The notes: a model not told the origin generated them from the sequence alone. DNA of 64,000 nucleotides from Minutocellus sp. GHC0000111 (GCA_977018835.1 OZ361258.1:2976001-3040000); one strand, 5' to 3'. Counted from the first letter of the stretch, positions 11,369 to 23,081 are shown. Numbers and translations: made by a program.

Positions 11369-14300
11369 TCAGCTAGAGGCTGACACAGAGTTGTGAGAGC
11401 GAGAGTTGGATCCAAAAATGTGTTTCGGCGGTTTGGAACCGGTGACGCCATCAGCCGTATGGCGTCTCATCCCTGCTAGGAGATGGGAGGTGATTGCTCT
11501 GGACATAGAGGCGCTAAGAAAGCCTCGTGCCCAACCTGTGGGTGTAGCATCGTGGCTACAGGTACCAAACCACTTGTGGTCATGCCTGATAGCCCAGGCT
11601 TTGGAGGCCCGAGGTAGCAAGGCTGACGGGCTCTCACTCGACCAAGCTAGATTGAACATTGTCGTCGTAGCTTCGTTAGATCGGTCGGTGAGTGGATATG
11701 ATGCTCCGTCTGGGAGTTCGTCTCCATGTAACAGACGTCGGGCCATTGGACCGAGATCCCCCCACGGTCCCACGGTGAACGGCATGAGGACGGTGTCGTT
11801 GTCCAGCAAGCCTTTGATGACCGACGGTCCATCATCCTGTCGCTTGGATCGTCCACGCCATTTGCCGATCTCCTTTCCCATGTGCTGCCGAATGTTTGTT
11901 ATGGTCTGTGTTGTTGTATCCTGGCAGTACGAGGGAGAGCCTGTGATCGTTACATCGATGCCGGCGTAAGTAAGACGGCATGGGCGATATTGATTGGAAT
12001 GGTGATGGTGGAGACGAATACACACGTCTGCCGGTCGTCGAGTTGGATGGCTCTTGCTGAGGCCCAGCGGTTCATGTAGAATGTCGTGAGGGGAGTAGAC
12101 AAATCCCGAGAGGACTGCCAGCTCCTGCAAAACATGACACAGGGCGTCGCGGATGTTGTTGTGCAGCTTGAGCTTCGAGTGATAGACACACTCGAAGTAA
12201 TGGTCACCGAAGATATCGATGAGTTGCTTGCAACGGCAGACTGAGCGACGGCTGAGATGCGATACCGGCAATCGTAGGACTCGTCGGAGGATGGTCGTGT
12301 AATGCTGACTGGAATGACGGTACGTGATGTTACGTCGGCCACTGTGGAGGACACACTTCGGTAGGTCAGATGAGAGGATGGATGGGATGGCTTTCGCTAT
12401 GTCGGCCTGATAGTGAGCCGGATCGAAGGTGGACGCTGATGTAGTGGCTTGGCAGATGTCCGTCGGCCATTCTTCGGGTCCACTCTAGTCAGAAACATCA
12501 CTTTCATCGAAGGGGACGAACTCCAACATCGTGTTATCACTAGGGCCGCTGGTGAGAAGTTCTTCCTTTAGCTGATGATACGACTTGGCGGTCAGGTGAT
12601 GTTGGAATGAGCCGAGCGGGTGGTGGAGGACGAGGTAGTGCATTGGGTCTAGGTGTCTATGCTTCGCAGGCATGGTGATGGACTGGGCGAGGCGGGAGGC
12701 AATAATTCTGAGCGCTCTGAACAGTGGACGGGTGTCGGTGTCCCACTGGCGAAACTGTCGAGAGATACCTTCCGACAGTGGTACTGTGGAGTGCTTGAGC
12801 CTTACACCGTCAAGAGCATATCGGATTGAACGTATGAGAGGAATGGCAAAGGCTGTAGCGGATGATTTGGACGGACTTGCGACGCCCATACCGTCGGGTA
12901 GGTGGAGAAGGGCATCGGCATGTAATGGGAGGGTCGGCTGGCCGCTCTGCATTGCAAACAAGCGACGGGTGATGCCATCGACTCGACGGGTCAATGGCGT
13001 CTCCCAGTGCAGAGGGTTGGAATCCTCAGGAAAAGATTCAAATGAGGAGAGGACGTCTGCTGTCTGCTGGAAGGGCACTCTCGCAAGGATGGAAGTGGTG
13101 TATGTCTGGGCGATAGACTGAGGATCAGACATCTTGAAGGCCACTGCTGCTGTATCAGATTTGTACTGGCTGTAGAAATCTCGCAGGAATCCATCGACAA
13201 ATTCTTTCCCGCAGACTGGGACTCCCAACACGCGGTGGCCGCGGCATTCTTCGTTCCCATTTGCAAATTCATCAATGGCGAGGCTGACTGAATTTCTGAC
13301 GTTTTCGGGCAAATGAGGCAGAATCGATTGCCCAGTGATGCTCGTCATGATCTTGGTCTTGTCACCGTTGATGAGAGCGCCAAGGGGCTCGCCGATTTCA
13401 CGAAAGCGGCGGAGAAACCAAAGTAGATCAACCCAGGGGATGCACAGTCCAGTGTCATCGACGTAAGCTAGAATGTCTACCATACCACCCAAACCGTCGT
13501 CCATCTCCTCTCCTTGTCGCCGCCGTCGCCGAGCTCGGGCATGCTGTTCCGTTTGTAGCTTGGACAATATTACCTGTAGTACCACCGCTGAGAAAAGTCC
13601 AGCGAGAGGGCAACCTTGGGTGAAGCCTTCCTCCTGGAAAAGGTGTCCCCATCCTCCATCGGGGAGCTGATACCATGTCTTATTTTTTCGTCCGTAGAGA
13701 GCATCAAAGAGAGGTAGTAGGCCTGGGAACTCCGTCTCGATTACCCGCCGACAACGTTTCCTCGACATCCTGTTGAACATGTTTGTAAGATCCAAAGAGA
13801 CGAAGCATCTCGAGGGCAAGCGACCGTCGTCGATATCTTCCTTGTCGCGATATACAAATTCCTGGAGCTGTGCAAGGAACGTATGTAGAACGAAATGGGC
13901 CCCTCCTTTAATACCTATGCCGAAATTATTGGGAAGAAGGAACTCTGCGATGAGATGGGAATACACTCGGGAAGCCAGAGCTGCTGTGACTCGTCGGTAT
14001 CCTGTACCCACGCCCAGAGGTCTGATTTTCTGAGGATTGTTCGGCCAATCTTTGTGGAGTGCGGTATAGAAGAGAGCAGTAATGAAGTCCAGAGCCTTGG
14101 GTGGAATCCGATTGCTGGTGAGGAGGCTAACAAAGGCTACCACTGTTGGAAGATACGGATACGATCGTCTGTTGCCGACGGATTGGGTGCCAGCTAGAGC
14201 GAGATTTCTGAGAAAGTCGGTGACATCTGCGAAAGGACAAGCTGCTTTCCCCGTCTTTACCTGCCGAATGTACGACAAGATTTCTTCGTCGGGCACATCA

Positions 14301-15310
14301 TCTAGCAGATCCTCGCTTGTGCTCACATTTCCCTTCCCAGCCCGTCGTCGTGTCGTCGGTCGGGTGTCGTCCAAGTCAGGCAGCTCGGAGATGTAAAGAT
14401 TGTACGTAGCCTCTGCGACTTGCCCTTCAAATAAGGCTCGGGGCATGCGGTCGGTGCAGTTGGCTATTGCTGCCTTGTAGTTGCCACCATCGGCAGCGAT
14501 TTGCGCAATCTTGTTCACATCTTCTGCTTCTCGATCAGCCTTGGCCTTCTTCTCTCGTGGCGTGAGGCACGGTACGTTGTAGAGATACTGGAACAAATCT
14601 TTAGCACCGCCGGCCATAAAATCCACCATGCGTCGGCCGATAACGGTATCGACTTTCGTCTTCTCATTTGGATCTCTCGGAGCAAATACCAGCGCTGGAA
14701 AAATAGTTGCGAGGACATGAAAGACTGTGCTGTCCTCACTGTCGATGCCATCATCGAATGGGGGCGTCGAGTCGATACAAAGAGATAGCAATTCTGCAAA
14801 GATGTGGTGGAAACGATCCTTGGTTTTCGATGATGCTTGGTGGTACAGGAGGATTCGTACCGGAGGGGGGGAGAAGTTCAAAGTCGCCGCCCACTGAAGC
14901 ACCAATCGCCATCGTTCTACACCAGTAGAGTCAAGACTAAATGCCTTTGTAACCAATTCTAGATTACTTGACGATCGTTCTCCTCTATGCTTCTGACTCA
15001 CGTGATTGTCCAGAGCGTGCTTCCGAAGATATCCAACGTCGTGGCAGTGGCGGCAAGGATGGATGCCGTGCTGAGTCAGGTCGGACTCAACGACGCTGCG
15101 GCGGGCTGCGACGGCATGGCTCGATGAATAGAAGTGCTTGTTCAATTTTGCCGCAGACGGTGCGACGAATGGGCATGATGGTACCGGGCATGGGTACTGA
15201 GGAGGCAAGGGAGGTGACGATGGCCCTGCATGGTCACCTCCGGCGCCGCCTAGATGGATCTCTTTGTCTGGTCCACGGAGAAGTTGTGAATGTGACAAAG
15301 GATATCTTCC
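11369..15310 (-). CDS. Retrotransposon pol: 2x C2H2 zinc finger, reverse transcriptase, CCHC and RLE endonuclease; one in-frame TAG at 12485-12487
   Basis: CPVPSC..H..H and CRHC..H..H; IRPLGVG, LDLTNMFN, QGCPLA, AYVDD; CRC..GDH..C, HNNIRD, RRPAD, IDVT, KE..K, PFTV..G.LG. ORFs 12485-15298 and 11369-12271 share one frame with only the TAG between them. Confidence 0.85.
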
Positions 15311-17565
15311 TTACTGGCACCACTATCATTAAGGTCCTTGATTTCCTGGCGCAAGCCCGGGGCGGTAACATAGGGAAAGTCCTCGACCGTCAGGCTCAAA
15401 GGGACGTTGATGGCGCCTGGAACTTCGCTGGGGCTGACGGCATTGGCATAGCTGCTTGCAGTGGAGGTCCTGGAGGTAAAGGTTGTATCGCGCGGCGAGC
15501 CTCCTCGGCCACGTTTGGTCGTCCTGTTGCTCGGTGTTCCATCAGGATCAATACGGCCCTCGCCGCCGGAGGAGGTGTATCGAAGCCAAGCGGCTTTTGG
15601 AGGATTGTTGATGTGAGCAGCGTCGGGGCTGTTGTATGCCTCCATGATGGAGCTGTACTTCTTGCAGTGGGAGCCGCTGACGCCGTTGGTGGCCTTCTGG
15701 ACCTTGGCATAGGAATCATAGAAACCAGTGCCGTGGGCGGTATTGAAGCCGAGGTAGACGACACCATGGTGACTCACAACATCGCTAAGAGTCATGGGTG
15801 GGGCACCGAAGCCGAGCTCCTCCCTGAGATTGGCAAACTGGTCGACCCCACCATCCTGGGTGTTGCTGTTGGATCTACGGCCGTTAAGCTGGCGTTGGGG
15901 TGGGGGAGTCCGGGCTGCGGCGTAGACGAGCTCCGAGTGAGGCGTGAGAAGCAAGGCGGGGAGGAGGGAGATTGCTCTGGCTCCAACGAATCCACCGCCA
16001 CGAGCGGGATCCAGCCATACCCTGAGACGAGGGGCTCCCTCTCGATCCAGATGGAACCAAGCCGCCACGATGATGGAGTTGTTGGCCGTGCACTGGTTGA
16101 TGACGAGGGAAGGGATCGAGGCTGGAGGATGGGTGACATTCATCTCTCTCCATCCTTTCTGGTTCGACCGGATTTGCTGGCAGACCTTGATAAGCTTAGT
16201 ACGGTGCTTGGGATCCTTGGGGAGGGAGAGGACGATCGACGGCACTCCGCCAATCTTGAAGGTCGTTGCAATTTTTCGGCCCGTGTCGTCCGAGCTGCTG
16301 GCCTCAAAAAGGTGGCGGGCTGTCTCTTCTGTGTTGGTATCAATGACATACATCTTGCCAAAGCCGGTAAGCATGCCACTGCGGACGCCGACCTTCTGGC
16401 GCCAGCCGTTGAGGGTCGAGCATCGCTCGGCGGTGGGGAGCTTATCGTTGAGCTCTTCCATGAGGATGCCGTTGATCTTCTGGCCGGTCATGAAGTCGGT
16501 ACCAAACTTTTCCGGGTCTGGACCAACGATAACACCCACCGAGAGGTCCGAGGGGCTGTTGCAGGCCTGGATGCGTAGCTTCAAGTCCTTGGCCCAGCAA
16601 TGGTCCTCAAGGGTGGTATGCACTTTCGAATCGACGAGCATCGACACGCAGAGCAGAAGGGTCCCCAGGTCGTCCTCGGTGACGACGACGCCGGGGCGGA
16701 CCGACAGCTGGACGGTGAATCCTACCTCGTAGATCGGGTTGGAGGAGTTGCGGGAGTGGGAGGTGGGGACATTGTCCTTCAGCATCTTGGCCTTGTCAGC
16801 GATGATATCGCTACCGTCAAGGTAGCGCTGGAGGAAAGAGGCAACGATGGCGTTGACGGTGTCGTGGTCAAGGGTCTCGTACTTGATGGCTTCGGCATTG
16901 TCCAGACCGGAGCAGTACAAAGTGCAGAGCGGAGTGGCCTGGGGCGTATCCGGCTGCTTGCGGCGGGGAACGGCTCCATCACCGAGGATGGGAGTGGTCT
17001 GCACGCCATTCACATTGACGGAGAAATGGTTGGCGGTGGCGCGAGTCTTCTGCAGCAGAGCAGCGAGGCCAGCAGCGGGCTTGGCATCGCTCTTGTCGTC
17101 ACTATCGTCGACGGCCATCTCCTGGAGCTTCTTCTCAGTGGCAGCCGTCATGATGCTGTCGTCTCCTTTGGCGGTGGCGCCCACCTTGACGCCGTTCTCA
17201 TCGACGGTGATCGAGTCGTCGTCCTCATCAACGTCCTCGTCCTCCTTCTCGTTGTTGCCAGCCTCCTTGGCGGCGCCCTTGGCCTTGTCATCGGCCGGTG
17301 GGCCGTCGATCTCAAAGCCACCGAGTCCACCACCCTCAGCGGCAGCAGTCCCAGTGGTACCGGGCACCCCGTCGGCGGCAGCGGCGGTAGCAGCATCTCC
17401 TCCACCCGTGGCCAGGGATTCCTCCTCAGCCAGAACACCAAATGGGTTGGCATCCCCCTCCTCGGTCTTCCGGGAAAGGCCGGGGGGGTTGGTGGGATCG
17501 CCCGACCCCTGAGAGTCAAAACCCTGGGAGTCGGCGAGGCGAGCGGCGTCAGCAATGGCGTTCAT
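15250..17565 (-). CDS. Retrotransposon ORF1 (771 aa) with C-terminal RNase H1 N-terminal/caulimovirus-VI-like hybrid-binding domain
   Basis: Upstream of and overlapping pol; acidic low-complexity N-terminus. GTGFYDSYAKVQKATNGVSGSHCKKYSSIMEA fits the G-x-Y-x-x-W-x-E-x-x-x-V-x-G-x-x-x-A-x-x-K-K-F-x-T-x-x-E-A pattern with substitutions. Confidence 0.75.
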   Translation of the reverse strand: MNAIADAARLADSQGFDSQGSGDPTNPPGLSRKTEEGDANPFGVLAEEESLATGGGDAATAAAADGVPGTTGTAAAEGGGLGGFEIDGPPADDKAKGAAKEAGNNEKEDEDVDEDDDSITVDENGVKVGATAKGDDSIMTAATEKKLQEMAVDDSDDKSDAKPAAGLAALLQKTRATANHFSVNVNGVQTTPILGDGAVPRRKQPDTPQATPLCTLYCSGLDNAEAIKYETLDHDTVNAIVASFLQRYLDGSDIIADKAKMLKDNVPTSHSRNSSNPIYEVGFTVQLSVRPGVVVTEDDLGTLLLCVSMLVDSKVHTTLEDHCWAKDLKLRIQACNSPSDLSVGVIVGPDPEKFGTDFMTGQKINGILMEELNDKLPTAERCSTLNGWRQKVGVRSGMLTGFGKMYVIDTNTEETARHLFEASSSDDTGRKIATTFKIGGVPSIVLSLPKDPKHRTKLIKVCQQIRSNQKGWREMNVTHPPASIPSLVINQCTANNSIIVAAWFHLDREGAPRLRVWLDPARGGGFVGARAISLLPALLLTPHSELVYAAARTPPPQRQLNGRRSNSNTQDGGVDQFANLREELGFGAPPMTLSDVVSHHGVVYLGFNTAHGTGFYDSYAKVQKATNGVSGSHCKKYSSIMEAYNSPDAAHINNPPKAAWLRYTSSGGEGRIDPDGTPSNRTTKRGRGGSPRDTTFTSRTSTASSYANAVSPSEVPGAINVPLSLTVEDFPYVTAPGLRQEIKDLNDSGASKEDILCHIHNFSVDQTKRSI

Positions 17566-19158
17566 CTTGGCAGGTTGGTTCGAAAGTAGTACGAGTGCTG
17601 GTGTCGATTGGGGTCTCTGAAACGGAATGGCGCGCCGCTCACATCGGGTGGCGCGTTCGGGTTGGCGGCGTATCTCATGGCTTCAACCGGGGCGTATCTT
17701 GCTAGTTCAACCAACCGCAGCGAGTCAGCCTTGCCCGTTGGGATGACGTGGAGGCTCATATCGGATGGCCTTTGATGTATCAGACAAGTCGTCGTCAACA
17801 TTGTCTGGGTCCAGGGAGCGGCGGGCTCGACTGGCTTGTCATGTTTCCGTTCGTTCGCAGTACGCGGGAACAGATGTGACGTGTGGCAGGTGTTTGCTCT
17901 TCCTCCTGATGCAGCAGCGTGCTGCTGTTGGGGTTGGGCAAGTCGGGTTGGGGGTCCAGGGCCTTCGGCCCTGCTTATCGGCCGCTCCTGGGCCGGCACG
18001 ATGATGATTTGCCCCTCGGGCGGCGGGTTGGGATTTGGCGAGTGGTTGCGAAGCGAGGCTGGCTCGCGGAGACGTGTCCGAGCGGTCGGCGACCGGATGC
18101 GAGTCCAGACTCCGGGTTCCACTGGGCTTGGCTTCTTCGGGCCCTCCCTTGTTTTTTCTGATCATCTGGCATCGGCTGATCTGATGTTTTGACAAGACCC
18201 CGAATCCCGAATACCTCAAGAGCCCCCATCATCCCACAACGTCACTCAATGGGGGGGAATTTTTGAGGGAAGATGATCAAATTTTGGCAGTTGCTTTGGC
18301 GATGCTCCTCACAATTTTAGAAAGCGAATGTTCAAAAATAATGTTCAAAATAATTCTCACAACTTTCTTAGCCGTTTGGACTTCATATGATTTTGATTGT
18401 TGACAAAACAGACCCGGCCGGCGATTTCAGAAAGGTTGCTGATCTGGCGGTTTGTTGAGGAGAGAGGCTACGTAGCAGCAATTTCCGAATGGAATTGGGC
18501 ACATGCACACAATTTCATTGAAAGGTAAGGAAGCAAATGCAACATGAAGACACAAGGAGAATGGAGGACGACCAAGTCTCGTAGACATCCCGGCATCACA
18601 TCTCTCGAAAGTTGTTCGCGTGTGGGCCTCTTCCCCTTGTGTAGGCCTCCGCCTCATTTTTCGGTGTCCTCGATGCGTTTCTTGTTTGAATTTGTTTGCC
18701 CTGGAGCAACACCAAAGCCTGCATGAACAATTGCATGCAGGGCCAAAAAGGTCCCCTTGAGCATTTATTTTCTACACGTATCTTGTTTGCTGTGCCTTGG
18801 CATATTTTGACATGCACCATTTGCACCAGCATGTCTGGGGCGGCATCGATCGATGGGCATTTTCGTGGGCTTGGCGCCGGGAAAAAAAGTTGATGAGCAG
18901 TTTGTGCTTCGCAGGACTTGAATTGGCATGTTCGTCATTCGTTCGTCCCATCTGACGCAAGTTCCCCTCCTAACCAACACCATGCGTCCGTACCATCGTC
19001 CTCTCTTCTCTACTTTTGCGCACGGTATGTTCCCGTATCACACATGTGCCTGCCAATAGGTGAACGTTCGATTCGATTCGAATTCGACTTTTCCCGGTAT
19101 CGACTTCTTTTTCCGGTATCGTCGCCGTCGTCAAGAAATCTACACGCCTACCACCATT

Positions 19159-20505
19159 ATGATCTTCAATCGCAGCAACGTCTTCTTCTTCGCCCTCGGT
19201 CTGCTGGCCGTCCTCTCCCCCCACCCCACCGCCGCTGCCTCCAGGAAGGCCGGCGGTCGTCGTACCAGGTCCGAGGACGCCGCCGAACGTCGTCGTCTCC
19301 TCGAAGAGCGTGAGGAGGCCTTCGCCGAGGCCAACCCCTACAGCGTCATCGACCAGGAGCACCGCAGGGCCGGCTCTGGTTCTGGCGGTGCCCTCTTCCA
19401 CTCTGGCTCTGGCACTGGCTCCGGTACTGGCTCCGGTACTGGCAAGGGCAAGGGATCGAGCAAGTGCGGTCTTCCAGGAGAGCGCTGCTGCGCCGATCCG
19501 TCCCATCGCTGTCTCCCAGGATTTGGCTGCAAGTTCCCCGATGACTTCATGATGATCGAAGAGGACGAACTGGCCTACACCTGCCAAAAGTGTGGTGGCA
19601 CTGGACAGCCTTGCTGCAATATCGGTTGCGGTGAGGACTCATGCGAGAGTACATGCATGGCCGGAAACACTTGTGATCTCTTCCAAAACAAGTGTACGGC
19701 ATGTGGCGGCCCTACCCAACCCTGCTGCCCAGACGATGCCTGCAGCGCAGGCTCCACGTGCGATCCAATCAATAAGGTATGTGATGCTTGTGGTGCCGAA
19801 GGCCAGCCCTGCTGCGCTGGAGATGTCTGCAGCTTACCAACGCTGGCTTGTGACAAGCTCGATACCGGCCTGTGTGAGGTTTGTGGCGGGGTGGGCCAAG
19901 TCTGCTGTCCCGGAAATGAATGCACTTCCAACGGCGGGCTCCTTACCTGTAACGAAGCAATCAACACGTGCGAGAGCTGCGGAGGTGAAGGGCAGCAGTG
20001 CTGCCCCGGTGACGTTTGCAACGGCAACGATCTCTCCTGTGACGCTACTACCGGCCTCTGCCAAGATTGTGGCGCCTCGAACGAGCTGTGCTGCCCTGGC
20101 TTCAAGTGCCCTGATGGTACATCTGGAGGAGGTGAACTTACATGCGGGACATCCCTCGTTCCCCCCAAATGCCAAGCGTGTGGCGGTGCCGGAGAGCCCT
20201 GTTGTCTTCCCAAGGACGGCTACGATCTTCCCTGCCCCAAAATGGGCGACTCCATCAGCTGCCTTGAAGGAAACTGCCCCGACATTGTACCGGACGGAAC
20301 CTGTCTACTTGGCAACGGGAAAGGCCCTGCTTCAGACGTATTCCCAGAGAAGGGTTGCAACCAATCGACTGATTCTAATCCCGTCACGGCTAAAGCTGCC
20401 AATGACGCACTTTGCTGTGGCAAGAATGGTTCCGGCGGCTCATGCGAACAGCCAAAGACCAGTACAAATGGCGATGGCTCTTTCATGTGGTGTGTCGCCA
20501 ATTAA
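19159..20505 (+). CDS. Secreted cysteine-rich repeat protein (8 x CGxxxxxCC units)
   Basis: Signal peptide MIFNRSNVFFFALGLLAVLS; RRRLL propeptide; GSGTG/GKGKG linker; eight CG(G)xG(Q/E)xCC-type repeats. Confidence 0.85.
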   Translation: MIFNRSNVFFFALGLLAVLSPHPTAAASRKAGGRRTRSEDAAERRRLLEEREEAFAEANPYSVIDQEHRRAGSGSGGALFHSGSGTGSGTGSGTGKGKGSSKCGLPGERCCADPSHRCLPGFGCKFPDDFMMIEEDELAYTCQKCGGTGQPCCNIGCGEDSCESTCMAGNTCDLFQNKCTACGGPTQPCCPDDACSAGSTCDPINKVCDACGAEGQPCCAGDVCSLPTLACDKLDTGLCEVCGGVGQVCCPGNECTSNGGLLTCNEAINTCESCGGEGQQCCPGDVCNGNDLSCDATTGLCQDCGASNELCCPGFKCPDGTSGGGELTCGTSLVPPKCQACGGAGEPCCLPKDGYDLPCPKMGDSISCLEGNCPDIVPDGTCLLGNGKGPASDVFPEKGCNQSTDSNPVTAKAANDALCCGKNGSGGSCEQPKTSTNGDGSFMWCVAN

Positions 20506-20917
20506 GAAGCGACCAATTGCTCCCTTTTTCCTTAAATGAAAATATTCTCGGCGTTCTTCGCTGATTTATAATATATTCTCCAATGATTACATGTTGCATC
20601 AAGTGCCGCGATAGCAGATCAACTCTATTTGGGGCTTTGCTCTTTCATTTCAATTGTCGATCATTGAAGTGGCAAAATAATACAGCACTGCTCACTCACA
20701 TCCAATGATTCATAGGGGTTCCATATTATTGGCGTGTTGGATTATATGTTTTTAATTACAAAAGCGCATGATGCCATTATTGCGATAAAGTTAAGCTCAC
20801 AACTATGGTACTGTTCATAACGCATGGTATTGAAATGCTACTACATAATAACAATTTGTTCAAGGAATATGGAAGGTGCCAACCAGTTTATCTATTATAC
20901 ATCTGAAGATATCTCAC

Positions 20918-23081
20918 TCACATCTCGTGCTCATGACGATTATTCATATCATGGAGCGATACATCGCCCGCATCTCTGGAATCGTCTGCTAACAATCGAG
21001 TTCCTTCCCATAGCATACTTCCATACGAAGCGCTCTGCCGCCTCATACCTTTTTCACTTTCCTTACCAAGGACCGCGTTTCTAACGCCATAGGCAAAGTA
21101 TACAAAAATGCCTATTATAAGCCACAAAATCATAAATTGCCAGCTGCTCATTGGCAACGAGCCCATCATGTACCCGTTGCAAGCAAGCCCTATCAAGGGC
21201 ACTGTCGGTACATAGGGGCATTTAAAGGTGTCCGGAGGGGCCGACTTTGGAAGCAAAATAAGGGCGATTGCCGAGTAGGCTGCCGAGGCCAAGCATATAA
21301 CAGGAATCAGTGTTGACCACTCGTTATTGTAGGACATTGATGCCAGAATCGTCGATAGTGTGAACACGACGGATAGGATGGTCGGCCGATTTCCATTCGA
21401 CTCCACCGAGCCCGAAGTGTACCGGCGATATTTTGACGATATCATCTCCCACAATGATTCTTCGAATCCCTCTTGTATAACGTTATCGTCCTCGGGAGGA
21501 AAGTCATTAGCATCGTTCAGCTCTGTACTGTACATGTCGCCCTCCGAGATATCAAGATCCTCCGCTGGCCTCATTCTGAGAATGATAACTCCGGCATCGA
21601 CAAACGTGAAGACGGCCAGCGTACCCAGACTAATCAAGTTGGCCAGAGCGTCCAAATACACAAAGCATGCTAAGGCAGAACAAAGAACGCCGGTAAGCAA
21701 TATGCCCTCGGTTGGAACTTGTGTGCGGGGATTGATCTTTGCAAAGACTTTGTACAAGAGTCCATCCATTGCCATTCGATAGAATATACGGGGTTGTCCC
21801 ATTAAGCTTGTGAAGGTGCCCGTGGTGAGACCAAATATCGCACCAAACGAAACCATTCGGCTTCCATAGAGGAGTATGGGTCGAATGATGGGCGAACAGG
21901 ACTGGTCGAGGCATTGTTCGCCCAAGTTGGCATCTAGAAGTTGCTCTTCGTGCGTGCAGCATCCATTGGCCAGTAGTGCATTGACGATAGGAACATCCCC
22001 TCCAAGCAAATCGAACGGTGCCATGCCAATCACAACAAGAGTCACCGAGACATAGATTGCGGTAGTAGCGGCCAACGTACCGACAATGCCCATGGGCATG
22101 TTGCGCTCTGGACTAATCACTTCCTCACTCAGGCAAGCCACCATGTCAAATCCAATGAAAGCAAAGAATACCAGACCAGATCCACGCAGGACGCCACCGA
22201 ATCCTTCAGGGAAGAAGGGGACCAAATTATCACCCTCGACCGTTCCACTTCCAACTCCAGCAACTACAACAAATCCCAGCATTGCTAAATTCAAAACGGT
22301 CATGGCGTTGTTGAATCTCGACGATTCTTTGGCACCCGTGACGAGAACGGCGGTGCATATGGCAACAATCACAATCGATAGCGGCGAGCAAGTGTACGAC
22401 TCTGAAATGAACGGCACCCAACTCAGATGCATCCGTGTTAGCCAGCTCATCTTGAGACCATGGGATTGAAAGTAAGGCAACCCCCGCAGGAAGGCGGCGA
22501 GGTACTCTCCCCAGCTCCGCGCGACGACGCTGGCGCTGAAGGCATAGTTCAGTGTGAGAGACCAGCCGACGAGCCAGGCCACGAACTCGCCAAATGTCAC
22601 GTACGCGTAGACGTCTTATGGGTAAATAGAAGATGGAAGTTATAATGAGATGTTATGCAAGAAATGCGCACATACAAGTATTCCAATAAACTCATGCACT
22701 AGCTTGCAGTTACTCACACGCCGATCCGGTCACAGGTATTCTGGCGGCAAATTCACCATACGCCAAGGCCGTGAAGACGCACGCCATCCCGCAGAGACCA
22801 AAGCTGAGGGCGATGGCTGGACCAGCGATCTCGGCGCCCAGTCCGACCAGGCAGTAGATGCCAGCGCCGACGCTGCATCCCACTCCGTACAGGATGAGAT
22901 CGGCCAGCGACAGAGTCCGACGGAGCGTGGCCTTGGTGGGGCTGGAGGGGGTGGCACCGCCCTGCTCGGGCGAGGACGAGGCGCCAATGTCTTGCGGCAG
23001 GTCGCCGTCGCCGTCGTCGAAGTAGAGCGGCTTCCGCCGGGTCATCCGCTCGACGAGGTTGGGCGGGAACAACGAGCGCAT
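20918..23081 (-). CDS. Cationic amino-acid transporter (APC superfamily); intron 22615-22717
   Basis: LRRTLSLADL..YGVG..VGAGIY; AYGEFAARIP.GSAYVY (across the splice); FFAFIGFD; QPRIFY.MA.DGLL; FKCPYVP.VP. Confidence 0.92.

Larger units (their letters stand above)
11188..18240 (-). mobile_element. Non-LTR retrotransposon with restriction-like endonuclease (CRE-like), two ORFs, apparently full length
   Basis: ORF1, then C2H2 fingers, RT, CCHC knuckle and RLE in canonical order. Candidate 6-bp direct repeat GTCACT at 11182-11187 and 18241-18246; boundaries tentative. Confidence 0.85.

Noticed and set aside
14968..17589. Long plus-strand ORFs of 536 aa and 329 aa
   Set aside because: Antisense to retrotransposon ORF1; explained by its codon bias, with no motifs.
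17940..17995. Hammerhead-like CCGATAAG plus stem-loop in the retrotransposon 5' UTR
   Set aside because: Does not match the CUGANGA core and lacks GAAA after stem II.
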